Positions 58,771 through 64,000 of a stretch of DNA of 64,000 bases are shown one piece after another. Under the pieces are notes generated by a model. The model made no database searches. It was not told where the DNA came from and was given only the letters and a program-made list of their open reading frames with translations. The stretch's first letter is position 1. The number at the start of each line of letters is the position of its first letter. The stretch comes from Heteronotia binoei (lineage: Eukaryota), in contig NW_026799993.1 of the NCBI RefSeq assembly GCF_032191835.1, positions 186,001-250,000 of the forward strand, given 5' to 3'. The translations under genes and the position numbers were made by a program.

Positions 58771-59516
58771 TCTGTTATAAAGCAGAAAAGGTTAGTCAAA
58801 ATAATGAAGAGGTTGAAGGACATTCTCTAGAAAGGAAAGGCTAAAAAGTTTGGGACTTTCAGTTTAAAGGAAAGATGATGGGGGGCATGATAGAGGTTTA
58901 TACATTGATGCATGGATCTTGAACATAGTGTTCCTAACAAAATTTAGAGGCAATAGATTCAGGCCAGATAGAAGGGGATTTATTTCACACATTAAGTAAT
59001 TAACTGCTATAATTCAGTGACACAGAATGCAGGGATGGCCATTAATTCAGATCGTTCTAAAAGGAAAACAAGTTCATGAAGGAGAGGTTCATCAGTTGGT
59101 ATTAGCCAAGTGAAACTAGATAAGTGAAAATGAAATGAAATTTCTCTGTTCAGAGACAATAAATCTCTCAATACCTGAGCTGGGAGACTTTGCCTTGCAT
59201 GAAGTCCTTCCAGAACATCTGGCTGGCTGCTGTGTGTAACAAGATGCTAAACTAGATGGACTACTGGGCAAATGCAGCTACACTGCACTTATACTCCAAT
59301 GAAGCTAGCCTACCTGAGTAATTTTTCAGCCTCATCTACCTCTAAGGTTTGTTGTAAGGATAAAAAGAGGGCGGAGACGTGTTGATCTGAGCTTCTTTAA
59401 GGAAGAGTGGGATAAAAATTGAATAAAATTTCTTTTGCATATATACGTATGAGCTTAGACTCACGCTGTGATTTTGCTCTTCACTCACTATATGCAACTG
59501 CCTATCTCTTTTCCAG

Positions 59517-60705
59517 CATGCAGAAAGAAGAGATGGAATTCCAACCCCTGGAAAAGATTAAAGAGAATGAAGAAGCAAACCACTCAACGCCATTGTTGGG
59601 ACACATAAGCCGCTTCCTGAGTGTCCAATCCCCCAGTTTCAATAGAGCATCATCAAGAATGAATCTGATGCGTCGGAGAAATGAAAATATGCCTTCCTCC
59701 CCATATTATGCATACCCAGATGGGAAATCTGGCAGCCCTACTAGCTTTAATCCACAAAGGTTTCACACAGGTTTCAGTTCCCAGGATCAATGGGACAATG
59801 AAGACAGCAGACTGAGGGAATTTGATGCCTTCATGTCAACTCCATTCTGTGAGAGGCCTGGTTTTTACAGTGCTCCACAAACACCCATCAGTTCCATTCC
59901 AATGATCTTCCCATCCAGACGTCTAGGCTGCAAGAAGCCTCCTGCTCTCTCCAGTATTGTTGCCTGCTCTTTGAAGGACAACTCTGCCAGCCAGTCTCCT
60001 TGCAAGGCTAGTGATAAGGACAGAAGCCAGACCTCTCTTGGTTCAGGACCTAAAGAAACTTCTGCTTCGCCAGCAGAAAAAAGCCCAATGCCAGACTCCC
60101 TAGTAGTGACAGTAGAAGAAAAGGAAAAACCCACAAGCCATAAATCCAAGGATGTTGTTCCTCTTGGAAGCCCAGGGGCCTTGTCCTTGGGGGACTCAGA
60201 AAGTCCCATTTTTCGTTTCTTTCCTGAGTCCCCAGGCCCTGAGTGGCAGGCTAACAGCAAGAACACTCTGAAAGGCTGCCGTCATCCATGGCTGACTTCA
60301 GATAACACAGCAAGTCCAAACCCAGATCGCCCTACCTCCCTTCATACCCATGGCATCAGGACCCCTAGCAGCAATGGCCCTACTTTCTTTTCATTCACAC
60401 CTTTGACATCCCCAGCACTTGAGAGATCCCATCTGAACAAAACAAAAGCTGCTGTGAGGCCTAGCGCAGATGATGCTTCTGGAATCCCTGAGCAGGATCC
60501 TGCAATGGTTTCTGCCCATGCAAAAGACATGGGGAGTGGAAACACCAATGCTCATCACACTAAAGACCACAGAAAGGCAGCCAGCTCTTCACCAAATGAC
60601 TCTGGCATTTCTCTAGCAGAGGGAGACCTTGTAGGATTAATGGAGGTGATCATGGAAACCAGCGAAAACACAGCTGATGAAGGGAAGATGGACAGGGACA
60701 ACTAA
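59517..60705 (+). CDS. BEST1: BEST1 last coding exon, long cytoplasmic C-terminal tail
   Basis: TTTTCCAG acceptor then (S)MQKEEMEFQPLEKIKENEEANHSTPLLGH; RPGFYSAPQTP resembles human RPGYYSAPQTP; TAA stop at 60703-60705. Total CDS 2289 nt = 762 aa. Confidence 0.93.
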
Positions 60706-62755
60706 ATCAAAGGGGCTCACAGATTCTTTAGGATGGTGTCATTGTTCTTTAACCAAGCTTCATTGGTGCTCAGTCTTTTAGCACATTGTGCCAGAGGCAT
60801 CAGAGCTGTGCTCTAGAAGCTGAAGAATGCTTGAGAATTCCAGCACTTAGGTTGAGCAGTCAATGTGTACTTCCATCAACCAATGTGTTACAAACACTAT
60901 TCACTGCAGTACTAGGAAAACAGCTGCAATTCCAGCAAGACTTGTTAAAAGTGTTTTAAGTTCAAGACTTTTTGATGTGTTTGTAAGCACCAAAGAATGG
61001 AATGATGTCACTAGTTTCAGCTGTAGATTGTCAGTTTTGCATGACTGTTTCAGTCAGCGATTTCTTTCCCACCTGTAATGTTTCCTTGGAGAGCACCTCC
61101 ACCTGAGCAGCCAAGCAGGCTAGAGAACAGATGTCTTCACACAATATCACGCAACTTCAATACAATGATTACAGAAGACTATCGCACTCTGTTAGATACT
61201 TGTTGCCTGAATCGGTTAATTCACAAGGGCTCAATTATAGTAAACATGAACGTTTTATCAATTTCAAAGCCACATCTGTCTTCAGTGCAAGGACCCTATG
61301 GCAGCAGTTTCCCAGCCACATGCTCCAGGACTAAATGAAATGTACCTTTAAAAACCAGCAGGTTGGATTGGTTCACCATTCTCTGCACAGTAGAGTGAAG
61401 ATGAATCATGCTGCACTAAAATCTGATTTACTGTCAAAATATGGGAGGGATCCCAGAAACTTCACTACTGGCCCCCAATCTAACCTCTGAGCTGAAAGAC
61501 TTATGGAGTAACAGGAGGGCAGAACACTAGCAGGCAATTTTGAATTGGCTCTCCTGCAACAAGGATGCCCCAAGAGCGAAGAATGCCTCTGATTTTAACA
61601 TGAAAAAAAACTGAGCTCTAGGTGAGGATAAAATGGAGGAGAGAATGATGAAGCTGCTTTGGGTTCTTATTGGGGGGAAAGGTGAGATATAAATGAAGTA
61701 AATAAATGTTTGAGAAACTTGCTCTACAAGTATAATTGCCTTTAGAAAATAAACACACTGCATAGCAGAATGATAGAAGCCATAGTGTCCCTACTGGGGA
61801 GAACGGCAAGGCATAAATGAAGTTAAATAAAATTAAGACTCAGACATTAATAACTCCCAACCCAACAAGCATTTGTAGTTTCAGTGAGCTATAGCACAAA
61901 CAAAGGTTTCTTATACTATAAAAATGCCTGACATTGTACGCTAATCCTCCGCTCAGCAAGCAAAAAGAAAATGGTGTCATACTTGTTAGGTTCTCATGAA
62001 CACTGGACTATGATTCACTTCTAAAAAGCAGGTGATAGAAGCCACCCATGAAGAAAACATTTCACTTCCTCATTACTTAAATAGCATCAGTAAAAGTAGA
62101 AACAATGCCGTTTTACCAAGTAAAATTAAATGGGCTGTTTGTACTTTTTATAACACCTTCAGCAGCTGGTAAGACCCAACACACTCTGCATACTCAGGAA
62201 AAGCTTTTAATTGTCAAAATTACATTCAAGTTGGTATGAACAATAACAACTCAGGTCCAACATCTGCAACTGAAAATGCTTTTCCATACTGGAAACGTGA
62301 AATACCACATGAGAATCACATGGCCATTCTCACTTCTCTGCTGCCACCAGTGTCTACATAACAAGGAAATTCCCTTGACAAAAATAACCTGCAACCTTTT
62401 TCGGTATAAGCGCAGTTTGATTGGCGCTAAAGAATCTCTACCATGCACTTAACTGAATATACTGTTTTGACTACAATACATGGTTGTTTCCATCCATGAA
62501 GCTAATATACAAGCATGAGGCAGAACTGTGTGCATTCCACACAATCATAGATTCAACATGAGCTAACAATATTGATTTTAGAGGAGAAATTCCTAGCCTT
62601 CCTGCTCATTGTAGAAGCTAGTGTGCTGCAACTATTCGCTGTTATTTTTAGTAGATTTCAATCTATTGCAAACAAACGACTGTCCAATTCATTAGGGGAA
62701 GTTATGTCATCAGGAAATTATCCAACCACCTTGCAGGACTCTGGCTCATGACCTG

Positions 62756-63270
62756 GAGAGCCAGTTTGGTGTAGTGGTTAAGTGTGCGGACTCTTATCTG
62801 GGAGAACCGGGTTTGATTCCCCACTCCTTCACTTGCACCTGCTAGCATGGCCTTGGGTCAGCCATAGCTCTGGCAGAGGCTGTCCTTGAAAGGGCAGCTG
62901 CTGTGAGAGCCCTCTCCAGCCCCACCCACCTCACAGGGTGTCTGTTGTGGGGGAGGAAGGTAAAGGAGATTGTGAGCCGCTCTGAGACTCTTCGGAGTGG
63001 AGGGCGGGATATAAATCCAATATCATCTTCATCTTCTTCTTCATCAATCCCGGCAGAACCTGGGTTCAGGTAGCTGACTCAAGGTTGACTCAGCCTTCCA
63101 TCTTTCTGAGGTCATTAAAATGAGTACCCAGCTTACTGGGGGGAAAGTGCATGACTGGGGAAAGCAATGGCAAACCACCCCATAAAAACGTCTGCCATGA
63201 AAACACAGTGATGCTACTTCACCCGCGTCAGAAACAACTAGTACTTGCACAGGGGGCTACCTTTACCTTT
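62756..63270 (+). mobile_element. Young Squam3-like SINE (62756-63044) inserted into a Sauria-SINE-like element
   Basis: Sauria SINE sequence CTCATGACCTG | CAATCCCGGCAGAA continues across the insert. Confidence 0.87.
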
Positions 63271-64000
63271 TACTGTAGCCAGTTACAGCTTAGGGGTTCC
63301 CAAAGCATGACTTATCACTGTACTAGCAGACACGTGGCCTTAAAATCACAGATATCTACATGTTTAATTACCTCAGGAGGGACATAAAATGACATTGAAG
63401 ATTAGTAAAGCTTTGCATGAATGTCCTCAAAACTGGTAGTTGAAAAGATGAAGCCGTAATGAACATAGTTCTGATTTCTAGTTGCCTCAGAAGACTATTA
63501 GTTTGTCACTCTAAAGTAGCACATGAACTGTACCAACTAATGACAGCCATGTTGAAATAATCCAATTCCATGGTGAAGTATCTGTTTTGCTAGCAGAAAG
63601 TCCAAGGTTCAATGCCAGCATCTCCAGTTGAAAGGTCTGATAGTAGCTGATGTGGAAGATCTTAAATTGGGATCCTGGAAAGCCACTGCCAGTCTGAGTA
63701 GACAACAGTGATTTCAATAGACCAAAGATCTGACCATTGTGTGTATATACATACATGTAGCTGCTTTTACAAATTTCAGCAATTGCAGAAAGAATAGTCT
63801 TTCAGCTATGTCTTAACAAAGATCTTGCTCCATAAAATCATATGCTATAGTAGGTTTGTTGATCTAGGATGCTATCTGAGCCTTTTTTACTTCAAAAAGT
63901 GAATGGTTTAATGGGAAAAAGATTACTTGTGCATTTGCAATGAAAAAGCTTGAACATGAGAATTAATTTAACCCCACTAACTCACTGGTACCTGTCAGTA

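Noticed and set aside
59865-60266. 133-aa antisense ORF over the BEST1 last exon
   Set aside because: Shadow ORF of a Ser/Pro-rich coding strand with no independent features.
60595-60620. DSGIS as a beta-TrCP phosphodegron in the BEST1 tail
   Set aside because: Spacing does not match canonical DSGxxS.
60706-64000. FTH1 (ferritin heavy chain), expected tail-to-tail with BEST1 from human synteny
   Set aside because: No ferritin-like coding sequence was recognisable on the minus strand; it probably lies beyond the window.

Overview
Vertebrate genomic DNA, most likely a gecko or other squamate (inferred from Sauria-SINE and Squam3-like SINEs, CR1, L2, RTE and Penelope content). The one confidently identified host gene is bestrophin-1 (BEST1) on the + strand. 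It has 9 coding exons from ATG 29104 to stop 60705 (2289 nt, 762 aa), with exon sizes 152/95/234/155/78/153/81/152 matching human BEST1, and a GC-AG intron 9. Most of the rest is transposable-element derived: a young intact 5'-truncated RTE LINE, a twin-primed RTEX-like LINE, a full-length decayed DIRS element, two Penelope-like families carrying hammerhead ribozyme motifs, CR1/L2 fragments, SINEs and many hAT-type MITEs with 8-bp TSDs. The most interesting signals are: (i) two independent insertions of one ribozyme-bearing Penelope family at the same TCCCCA-nn-TGGGGA palindrome of the same MITE family; (ii) a well-formed type I hammerhead in that family; (iii) an open MITE-flank-RTE chimeric ORF; (iv) BEST1 substitutions R13H and R202C at positions that cause disease in humans; (v) a candidate bidirectional promoter plus three phase-1 first-exon candidates of an upstream minus-strand gene.
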